From assembly GCA_051439605.1 (NCBI GenBank), contig JBFRWN010000011.1, positions 1-28,775 on the forward strand: a stretch of DNA of 28,775 bases. The letters run 5' to 3'. Source of the DNA: Synechococcus sp. (GTDB taxonomy: Bacteria > Cyanobacteriota > Cyanobacteriia > Thermostichales > PCC-7336). A model generated the notes under the pieces. It saw only the letters and a program-made list of their open reading frames with translations. It did no database searches and was not told where the DNA came from. The translations under genes were made by a program, and so were the position numbers. This document shows positions 9,442-16,913 of the stretch, in pieces (position 1 is the first letter of the stretch; each line of letters begins with the position of its first letter).

Positions 9442-10275
9442 CTATACCTTTGTCAACCACTGTTGGATATCCTGCTGCACCTGTTCCGGTACCTCCCAAG
9501 GAAACAGGTGGGCGGTGTTGGGATATTCAATCCAGTCAGATTGGGGGAGTGCAGCGGCGGTTGCTTGGCTGCATTCAGGTGTGATGTGGCGATCGCCATC
9601 CCCTGCCAGCACGAGGGTAGGTATCTCAATTTGACTGAGGGCTGAGGTGCGATCGTATCCCTGGCGCAGAGCCCTGGAGAGGGCCGCATGGGCTTGGGGG
9701 GAAGTTTTCAGGTATGCGGTAACCGCTGGGTGTTTGAGATAGCGATAGGTTGCAGGGGTGTGGCGCTGCACCAGATACTTAAATAGCGATCGCCGACCAA
9801 ACGTATCGATATTCCAACGCCAGCCGGGACGTATCCAGTTGAGCGCACCAGCGATCGCCGTGAATAGAGTATCGGCGAGCGAAATCGGGGGGTGGTTGCT
9901 GCGGGGTCTGGCGGCGGTGGCGACCAAGATTAATGCCTGTACCCTTTCCGGCTGCTGCAGAGCGAGTTCTATCGCCAGAATTCCCCCCAACGACCAGCCC
10001 AACACAATGCAGCTTTGAATATTGAGTCGATCGAGCAGTGCGGTTAAATCCTGTAGGTGGTCTGCGAGTTCGTAAGCATCTTTCACCTGGCTGAAGCCGT
10101 ACCCCCGCAGGTCGGGAGCGATCGCCCAGCGCTCATGCCCCAAGACCTCTCCAAACACTGCCATCGCAGCCCCATTTCCTGGATGACCGTGCAACATCAA
10201 AATCGGCAATTGGGAACAGCTTTTCTGTCCCCATTCGCAGTAATTCAGCGGGAGTGGCGTTTGAGAGGACAGCAT
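9442..10275 (-). CDS. Alpha/beta-fold hydrolase
   Basis: LHGHPG, PDLRGYG, GWSLGG nucleophile elbow, GDGDRHI and AHLFPWE. Confidence 0.92.
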   Translation of the reverse strand: MLSSQTPLPLNYCEWGQKSCSQLPILMLHGHPGNGAAMAVFGEVLGHERWAIAPDLRGYGFSQVKDAYELADHLQDLTALLDRLNIQSCIVLGWSLGGILAIELALQQPERVQALILVATAARPRSNHPPISLADTLFTAIAGALNWIRPGWRWNIDTFGRRSLFKYLVQRHTPATYRYLKHPAVTAYLKTSPQAHAALSRALRQGYDRTSALSQIEIPTLVLAGDGDRHITPECSQATAAALPQSDWIEYPNTAHLFPWEVPEQVQQDIQQWLTKV

Positions 10276-10452
10276 GTCGCAACGAACTGACTGCTCTTAG
10301 CTTATGGCAAGGGTCGATGAAACTGACAAGCTAGCCAGTGGTTTCCACGGTGAGTTTCTAAGGGGGTGGATCTTTATAATTCGGAAAGTGGACCGAATCT
10401 CTAGCTGGAATGTGCCTTGTAGGCATGTCGGAAGTGGCTTGATGGCCGCCAT

Positions 10453-10501
10453 AAAAAAGGTGTGCCGATCTCGCATCCCATAGCGAGGAAACCGGCACAC
10501 C
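10453..10501 (-). terminator. Intrinsic terminator after repeat-protein copy 1
   Basis: Minus strand: GGTGTGCCG...CGGCACACC 9-bp stem with inner CTCGC/GCGAG pairing, followed by TTTTTT, about 30 nt after the stop at 10531. Confidence 0.75.
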
Positions 10502-10530
10502 CGATCGCGCGATTCCGATCGTGAAATGAA

Positions 10531-11004
10531 TTAGAAGGTGCTGTTTTGCAGGATGTGGCCAAACTGATTTTCCAAGTTGCCAGCGTAGTTGCCTAACCCA
10601 GAGGTAGCAGCCGTCTGATCCAATCCTTGACCGAGGTTCGACATGTTGGAATCACCGGTCCAGGTGGCGTTTTGATCGATGATGCCCGTTTGCGAACCAT
10701 TGTTTTGGGACAGGTTAAAGTACCCATCCGCAACACCGGTTTGATTCATGCCTTGGAATCCAGTGGAAACGTTATCTCCGCTCCCGAGAAAGCTGGACTG
10801 GTGGCTATGCAAGCTTTGGGAGCCACTATTGGAAACGGTATTGCCCACACCCACAGATGCAGCAGTTTGACCGGCAATCTGAGTCACATCCGAATAGTTG
10901 TCAGCTTTGGCAGGAGCCATTGCCAAGCCCAAACTGGCAACGGCAAGCAGGCTGAAGGTAGCGGTCTTTTCAATTAGTTGGGTAGACATTGTTTTAACGA
11001 ACAT
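10531..11004 (-). CDS. Secreted Q/N/G/S-rich protein with three 42-aa repeats (candidate amyloid/beta-solenoid fibre subunit), copy 1
   Basis: AAGGAG RBS before MFVKT; 34-aa signal peptide ending APAKA; mature 123 aa = 42+42+39 repeats with invariant N, S, Q, QT, G, N, N, Q, Q positions; no K, R, P or C. Confidence 0.85.
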   Translation of the reverse strand: MFVKTMSTQLIEKTATFSLLAVASLGLAMAPAKADNYSDVTQIAGQTAASVGVGNTVSNSGSQSLHSHQSSFLGSGDNVSTGFQGMNQTGVADGYFNLSQNNGSQTGIIDQNATWTGDSNMSNLGQGLDQTAATSGLGNYAGNLENQFGHILQNSTF

Positions 11005-11104
11005 GGGAATGGTTCTCCTTGGTTGCGGTGTCGATGGCGTGAACCTATCGACATTGCTATCTTCCTTCCAGAACATATTCTTTTCTGCGATCGATGTATC
11101 GCGA
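10531..11104 (-). repeat. 574-bp direct duplication, unit 1 (CDS plus 100-bp leader)
   Basis: Aligns without gaps to 12437-13010 at offset 1906; about 95% identity by hand count. Confidence 0.95.
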
Positions 11105-11217
11105 ATGCTGAGATCTATGTCACAACACAAATGCTTTTTTTGAATCAGATATCTAGTCTTTTAAGCGCTATTTTGGATATCTATATAACAAAGATATGGA
11201 CCTATTTTATCGAAACC

Positions 11218-11256
11218 AAAATAGCTGCCGATCTCAAAGATATCGGCAGCTATTTT
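11218..11256. terminator. Perfect 15-bp inverted repeat, probable bidirectional terminator
   Basis: AAAATAGCTGCCGAT-9nt-ATCGGCAGCTATTTT, between the 11325 stop and the leader of repeat-protein copy 1. Confidence 0.7.
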
Positions 11257-11324
11257 AATTGGATAGATATTTAGTTTACAGGTGTCAAACTGCTGTGCTA
11301 ATCAGGTAGGCTTCTGGTTGCAAG

Positions 11325-11684
11325 CTACTGACAGGAAGTTGTCGTGACAGAGCTCTGACTGTACAACCCCCCTGAGCTAGAGCGAGTGGTTTGAAGCGTC
11401 TGAGAAGTGATACTACCTGCGTTACACAGAGCGGTTTGTGGAACAACTCTGAGTTGAGGTTGACGGACGCCAAAGAATCGATATCGGGTAAAGATATCGA
11501 GCCAATTTTGTGGCAAGAAGATTGAATATTCTGGTGGGGATTCAATCTCAATATCTTCGCCATCTGAAATAGTGATTCGAGTCGTGGGACTGTGCACCTC
11601 TAGCTCGCGCGCGATCGCCACTCTTGTCAGTCCGCCGAATAGAATCGCGAGGAACATCAAGAGAACAAACTGTTTGATATTCAT
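11325..11684 (-). CDS. Small secreted hypothetical protein with a C-terminal Cys-bracketed S/T/Q-rich segment
   Basis: GAGG RBS; signal peptide ending VAIA; C-terminus CNAGSITSQTLQTTRSSSGGLYSQSSVTTTSCQ. Confidence 0.78.
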   Translation of the reverse strand: MNIKQFVLLMFLAILFGGLTRVAIARELEVHSPTTRITISDGEDIEIESPPEYSIFLPQNWLDIFTRYRFFGVRQPQLRVVPQTALCNAGSITSQTLQTTRSSSGGLYSQSSVTTTSCQ

Positions 11685-11812
11685 GGTTCGATGACCTCTT
11701 GGGGTGGGATAGTAAATCTAGAAATTTTTCCTACGATTGACTGCTGTTCGAGAGTGCGTTGATGAACGACTCGACAGGTTGGATACAACGCTGTCGAGAT
11801 GGAATGTTCGCT

Positions 11813-12214
11813 CTAAGGAAGTCCCAAAGACTCCATGAAGTTGGTATCGTGAGCGGGGCTGTAGATATCCAGGGGCACGTAAATGGACGTACCGATGACC
11901 GGACCAGCGATTCCTGGCCCGACGGTTTCACTACCGCCAACCAGGTGGTTGCTATTGCGAATTTGGGTGGCATCCCCTGCCCCCGTATAGGTTTGACTTT
12001 GGACGTTTGTGGTCGTGTTTCCCCAGCAGGGACCGTCCACAGCCATGCCAACGTTGTTGACTTGTTGGCCGGATTGCTGAGTACCGGAAATTTGCAGCTG
12101 GAGGGCAATGTCAGTCATCACGCAGGCAGCCGTTGCTGGTGGAGCAGAGAATCCTGCGATCGCGAGCAAAGACGGCACAAGCAACAATCCGGAGGAGAGG
12201 AATTTGAACGTCAT
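11813..12214 (-). CDS. Small secreted Q/N/G/T-rich hypothetical protein with one Cys pair
   Basis: GGAG RBS before MTFKF; signal peptide ending PATA; mature ACVMTDIALQLQISGTQQSGQQVNNVGMAVDGPCWGNTTTNVQSQTYTG... Confidence 0.8.
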   Translation of the reverse strand: MTFKFLSSGLLLVPSLLAIAGFSAPPATAACVMTDIALQLQISGTQQSGQQVNNVGMAVDGPCWGNTTTNVQSQTYTGAGDATQIRNSNHLVGGSETVGPGIAGPVIGTSIYVPLDIYSPAHDTNFMESLGLP

Positions 12215-12337
12215 GGGTGGAATCTCCGTTGAAGGGAATTTCTCAGGTGAGTTTGAAGAAAGAAGGTGTACCGCTTGAACAGCGGGATAGCAATACAACC
12301 AGCACACCTCGTTCTCGATACCGGGTCATTCAACGTC

Positions 12338-12433
12338 TATAGTTTTTGACATGTCTAGTAAGGACGTAAGTCTCTACACCCAGTCATGGATTGGGATAGC
12401 TAAAATGTCCTCAGCGACTTGACGGTCGCCATA
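12338..12433. repeat. ~96-bp dispersed repeat, MITE-like, copy 2
   Basis: Shares GATTGGGATAGCTAAAATGTCCT and flanks with 7985-8079; ends 3 bp from the stop codon at 12437. Confidence 0.8.
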
Positions 12434-12436
12434 GTC

Positions 12437-12910
12437 TTAGAAAGTGCTGTTTTGCAGGATGTGGCCAAACTGATTTTCCAAGTTGCCAGCGTAGTTACCA
12501 AACCCAGATGTAGCAGCTGTCTGATCCAACCCTTGGCCGAGGTTCGCCATGTTGGAATCACCAGTCCAGGTGGCGTTCTGATCGATGATGCCGGTTTGGG
12601 AACCATTGTTTTGAGACAGGTTAAAGTACCCATCCGCAACACCGGTTTGATTCATACCCTGGAATCCAGTAGAAACGTTATCTCCGCTACCTAACCAGCT
12701 GGACTGGTTGCTATGCAAGCTTTGGGAGCCACTATTGGAAACGGTATTGCCCACACCCACAGATGCAGCAGTTTGACCGGCAATCTGAGTCACATCCGAA
12801 TAGTTGTCGGCTTTGGCAGGAGCCATTGCCAAGCCCAAACTGGCAACGGCAAGCAGGCTGAAGGTAGCGGTCTTTTCAATTAGTTGGGCAGACATTGTTT
12901 TAACGAACAT
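12437..12910 (-). CDS. Secreted Q/N/G/S-rich protein with three 42-aa repeats, copy 2
   Basis: 152/157 aa identical to 10531-11004; same RBS and signal peptide. Confidence 0.85.
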   Translation of the reverse strand: MFVKTMSAQLIEKTATFSLLAVASLGLAMAPAKADNYSDVTQIAGQTAASVGVGNTVSNSGSQSLHSNQSSWLGSGDNVSTGFQGMNQTGVADGYFNLSQNNGSQTGIIDQNATWTGDSNMANLGQGLDQTAATSGFGNYAGNLENQFGHILQNSTF

Positions 12911-13010
12911 GGGAATGGTTCTCCTTGGTTTCGGCGTCGATGGCGTGAACCTTTCGACATTGCTATCTTCCTGCCAGAACACATTCTTTTCTGCGATCGA
13001 TGTATCCCGA
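12437..13010 (-). repeat. 574-bp direct duplication, unit 2
   Basis: Ungapped match to 10531-11104. Confidence 0.95.
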
Positions 13011-13277
13011 GACCTGTGAGTCAAATCACTTGATTAGCTCGAACTAGAGGCTATTTAGTAGTCTGAATTCTAAGAATATTCTTTCTCAATAATGCTAATT
13101 CTATCTGCGCCTTATGGAAATTTTTTGTAACTGTAGTTTCTTGAAAAAAACACATCTTTATGGTCATGGGATTGAACAAGAAAATCTGTCAGTATGACTT
13201 GGCTGGCAGCTTGCAAATGATTATGCAGACAGGCACTCAGATTGGACTGTATATATCCGAGACGCTAATAGAATGTA

Positions 13278-14003
13278 GGAAGTCCTAGACATGTAAGGAC
13301 GCATTGTAGTGGTGTACAAACATCCAAATTGCTCCGATATGATTCTCGAGCTTTTTAGAAAAGGAGAGAGTCTTGCGAATTAAGCGTGCAACTCGTTGCG
13401 CATCGAACAGTTGAAGCGCTCGATATAACTGGTTTTGCCAGTTTCCTTGCCCACAGCTTTGTGGCGTTTCTGAGGAAAGACAAGAGCCTAAGCATCCCAA
13501 AAATCGGTATAGGCTGCCGTGCATTGGCGGTAGATATCCGGTAACTACTCCCAAAGCATACGGGCTCCCTGCTCGGTGCGATCGCCCACGTGGGCTCCAA
13601 CAATCTCACGAGTGCTGACATCCTGAGCCAGCAAGATCCATTGCTTGCTACCTTTATCATTCACAAACGACCACATCTCATCGCACCGAATTGTCAATGA
13701 CCCTTTGGTTTGAAGACACACTGACTTGACGGGAAACCGCTTCGTATTTGCGATTGGCATAGTCTTGCAGCCAGCTTTCAGAAACCTCACAAACCCTGGC
13801 GATACCTGCCAGAGGAATTTTTTCGAGCAACAGCTTATCAATCAAGTCGTTGGTTTTTTGGGGAATCCGTTTGTTCTGAGGATCTTCGACAAACTGACGG
13901 TTATAGGCTTTGTACTTGAAATTTTGTTTGCCGTTATGGATACGACCGTTCTTAACGACGTCCTCGGAGCCACAGTTTGGGCAATTTGGCTTCAACATCA
14001 GCC
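13278..14003 (-). mobile_element. Degenerate IS1-family element (InsA/InsB-type transposase pseudogene)
   Basis: CPNCGSEDVVKNGRIHNGKQNF zinc ribbon (second CxxC decayed to YKAY), CDEMWSFV, EIVGAHVGDR, YTDFW and RLIRKTLSFSKK...HHYN; in-frame stops at 13545-13547 and 13488-13490 and a frameshift near 13400; GGAAGTCCTAGACATG end at 13278. Confidence 0.9.
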
Positions 14004-14459
14004 TGTCTCAAGGCAAAAGGAATCAAGGCCATGGGGCAGCGGTCCAATCTTCACCCGATCGCGGAAGATCTCGGCGAGCGGGAACTGGTGGACGTCTTGC
14101 ACGCTAACGAGGCATGGGACCCGACGGCTTCAACGGTCGTCGTAGCTGAAGGTCTGCTCATGTACCTGTCTCCCGATTTGGTCAGGGCGTTGTTCGAGCA
14201 GTGCGCTGCAATCACTGGCGCCAACAGTCGGATCGCGTTTACGTATATTGGAACCCGTGCTAACGGGCAACCTGATGCCGGTCCCTGGACTTGGCTAGTT
14301 CTGTGTATTCTCAAGGTCAGCGGTGGACCATGGCTCTGGAGCACGAGCCCCAAGGAGCTTGGCCCATTTCTGAACGAAACCGGGTGGACTGACGATCCGT
14401 ACCTGGCAGGAGCAACCGTGAAATACGGCGTGGAGTTTTGTGGTTGTGCGTTAAAGTGA
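14004..14459 (+). pseudogene. 5'-truncated class I SAM-dependent methyltransferase (leucine carboxyl methyltransferase-like)
   Basis: TVVVAEGLLMYL motif typical of LCM-family enzymes; the N-terminal SAM-binding Gly motif is absent and the fragment abuts the IS1 remnant. Confidence 0.75.
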
Positions 14460-14581
14460 GAGCGCATATCCAGTTGTTCCTCATGAGGGCCCTCTTTGGG
14501 TCGTTGAAGCGTAGTAGAAAATTGTGAGGTTAAATTGTCAAGCTGCTCTTGCTAAATTAGTTTAGACTTTTCACTCGCAGT

Positions 14582-15547
14582 ATGGAATTAAAATCAAAGC
14601 TACTGGATACCAACCGAGGATTGTATCTTTACGGAACTACTCCTCCAAGACAGGGCTTAGTGCCAGAAGAGCTTATCAAGATCGGAGAGAAGCTAACAAC
14701 AAGACTATCCAATTTGAACCTAGATGCGATTAACGTTTACGACATCCAGGATGAGGAAGGCAGAACTCAAGGAGAGAGACCTTTTCCTTTTCTGCCGCTC
14801 GCAGATTCGAGGGCATATGCCCAAATTCTCAAAAATTTAAGCGGTATAGAAGTCATTAACTATAAATGCGTTGTCCATTATCCAAAAGACAATTTTTCAG
14901 CATGGCTCGATCGAGCTTGGCAGCAGTTTGATCTTCGCTATTTGACTCTAGTGGGGGGCTCTTCTTCTAAGATGGCTTATCCTGGACTCACTTTATATCA
15001 AGCAGCTCAAGCGATCGCGTCCCATCAGTACGATTTTGTATTTGGTGGCGTAACCATTGCTGAACGTCATATCCGTAAGGGAGACGAACATCTTAAGTTA
15101 ATTGAAAAATCCCGATGGGGAATGAGCTTTTTTACTTCTCAAGTGGTTTACGAGCCAAAGGCAACAATCCAGCTGATACAAGATTATGCCCGGCAATGTG
15201 ATGCTCTTAATCTATTCCCAGCCCGAATTGTTTTGACTTTTTCTCCTTGCGGACATCGCAAGACTTTCGAGTTTTTAAGGTGGCTAGGAGTAGATTTTCC
15301 GCTAGAAGCCGAACAAGAAATTTTCTCGGCTCAATCTCCACTTCAGAAATCGATTGAAATATGTTGTTCAACTTTGAGGGAAATTCTAGAGTCTGTCAAA
15401 ACATATAGAATTCCTTTGGGGATAAATGTCGAAAGCGTTTCTATTAAAAAAGACGAGATTGATGCCTCAATCGATCTGTCTCAGGAGCTGAAAGGGATGT
15501 TGGATATGTTTTACGAAAGGAAATCGCATCCCCAACCATCTATCTGA
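14582..15547 (+). CDS. Methylenetetrahydrofolate reductase-like FAD-linked TIM-barrel protein
   Basis: LYGTTPP, VYDIQDE..R...RPFPFLP, GGVTIAERH, FFTSQVVY and GINVESVSIKKDEIDAS, recalled as an atypical MTHFR-like family. Confidence 0.7.
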   Translation: MELKSKLLDTNRGLYLYGTTPPRQGLVPEELIKIGEKLTTRLSNLNLDAINVYDIQDEEGRTQGERPFPFLPLADSRAYAQILKNLSGIEVINYKCVVHYPKDNFSAWLDRAWQQFDLRYLTLVGGSSSKMAYPGLTLYQAAQAIASHQYDFVFGGVTIAERHIRKGDEHLKLIEKSRWGMSFFTSQVVYEPKATIQLIQDYARQCDALNLFPARIVLTFSPCGHRKTFEFLRWLGVDFPLEAEQEIFSAQSPLQKSIEICCSTLREILESVKTYRIPLGINVESVSIKKDEIDASIDLSQELKGMLDMFYERKSHPQPSI

Positions 15548-15569
15548 AAAGACTATCAGAACAGCTGTC

Positions 15570-16913
15570 CTACAGCGTGAACGTAAAGTCATCCACTAAC
15601 ATCCCCGGCACCATTGCTCCCCCCAGCGATCGCCGTTCGTAAGTCCCGACCTCCGGCACAAATTCAGCCATCTCGGCCAGGTCTACCAAGCTATCCCCCC
15701 AGAACGAATACAGGCTTTCATCGAACCTTAAATCCTGGATGGGTGCTTGAATCTCGCCATTCTCCACCCAGAAACAGGCATAGCGCGTCATGCCGGTGAT
15801 GCGTCCCCCCGTGCGATCGCTCCAATTGAGGTAATGCAAATTAGAAAGATATAACCCGCGATCGAGAGTCTTGAAAATATCGCCCTGCGCCAGTGTCCCA
15901 GTTGCTACGCGGGGCGATCGCAACCCTTCGCCTGCACTGGCAGCGTTGCTCCTGACTCCGTATTCCTTCGCAGTCCGAGTGCTAACCAGCGTATGGCGCA
16001 ATTCTCCCTCCACCACAATCGGCACCTCATCAGGCGATACTTCCCCCGCGTGGTTAAACCGGGGCACCGCCCCCAACCGGAAGTCCTCCACTAGTGTGAA
16101 TTTAGAAGACAAAGACTTCCCTTCCCGCAGTTTCGCTAAGGCACTCGACCCCTGGCGCATAGAGGCTTCGCTGACTGCCCCCCACGACAACATGTTCACC
16201 AGTTCTGCAGTGGCGGCGGGGGCAAAGTAGGTGCGGTATTTCCCTGGAGCGACTTTGTGAGGCTGACGATCCATCACCTCTAGCTGTTGCCGCGATCGCT
16301 GAAGTTGCTCCTCAAATTGCTGCTGTTCCCAGCTTTTCCCTGCCAACGTGGCTTTAACCGCTTTTTCGGACGGAGCGATCGCCGAATAATCCAAACTAAA
16401 CGTTTCAGTGGCAAACCAATGACGCTGTCCGGCGGAGTTCCCAGTAGCGCGCACGACTCCTCCAGAAGCGTAAATCCCCGTAAAATCAATGCCCTTGACT
16501 GACGGCAAAATCGCATCTGCTACATCTTCGGGATCTAACAATTTCCCCCTGTACTCCGCACGGCTGTTGCCCAAATTTTGGGGTAAGACGAGGTAGGGGT
16601 CTTCCGGCAGCTGACTCAGGTCTTGACGCAGATATTCTAGATTCTCTAGGGCTTCGGCGCGATCGCCCTCGAGGTCTCCAGTGAAGGGAAAAGACGCAGA
16701 CGCGGTGCGATCGCGTTGCATCAGTTGTAACGTCACCGACCCATCCGTAACAGTTCCGCTCTGGCGTACTTTGCCGTTATTCAGTCGCATAAAATGGCTG
16801 GATTCCCCACCCATTTCCAGCGATAACTGCTCGTCGCCTTTGAGTGCAGCTACTACCTCATCGCAAAGACTGTTGAACCTAGATTCCCATGCCTCCAATT
16901 CGTTCAAACTCAT
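15570..16913 (-). CDS. tldE: TldE/PmbA-family protein
   Basis: PGKYRTYFAPAA, LYLSNLHYLNWSDR, RITGMTRYACFWVENGEI and LRFDES; 4-bp overlap with tldD. Confidence 0.88.
   Translation of the reverse strand: MSLNELEAWESRFNSLCDEVVAALKGDEQLSLEMGGESSHFMRLNNGKVRQSGTVTDGSVTLQLMQRDRTASASFPFTGDLEGDRAEALENLEYLRQDLSQLPEDPYLVLPQNLGNSRAEYRGKLLDPEDVADAILPSVKGIDFTGIYASGGVVRATGNSAGQRHWFATETFSLDYSAIAPSEKAVKATLAGKSWEQQQFEEQLQRSRQQLEVMDRQPHKVAPGKYRTYFAPAATAELVNMLSWGAVSEASMRQGSSALAKLREGKSLSSKFTLVEDFRLGAVPRFNHAGEVSPDEVPIVVEGELRHTLVSTRTAKEYGVRSNAASAGEGLRSPRVATGTLAQGDIFKTLDRGLYLSNLHYLNWSDRTGGRITGMTRYACFWVENGEIQAPIQDLRFDESLYSFWGDSLVDLAEMAEFVPEVGTYERRSLGGAMVPGMLVDDFTFTL

Noticed and set aside
11005..11104. Riboswitch (e.g. 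c-di-GMP) in the duplicated leader
   Set aside because: Only a single short hairpin; I could not match a known aptamer consensus.
11005..11130. Extended N-termini given by the ORF track for A1 (199 aa) and A2 (195 aa)
   Set aside because: A strong RBS and signal peptide begin at MFVKT; the upstream match is better explained as a duplicated leader.
10531..12910. Naming the repeat proteins csgA/csgB or fapC
   Set aside because: The repeat length (42 aa) and spacing differ from curlin and Fap repeats, and no csg/fap export genes are visible; analogy only.
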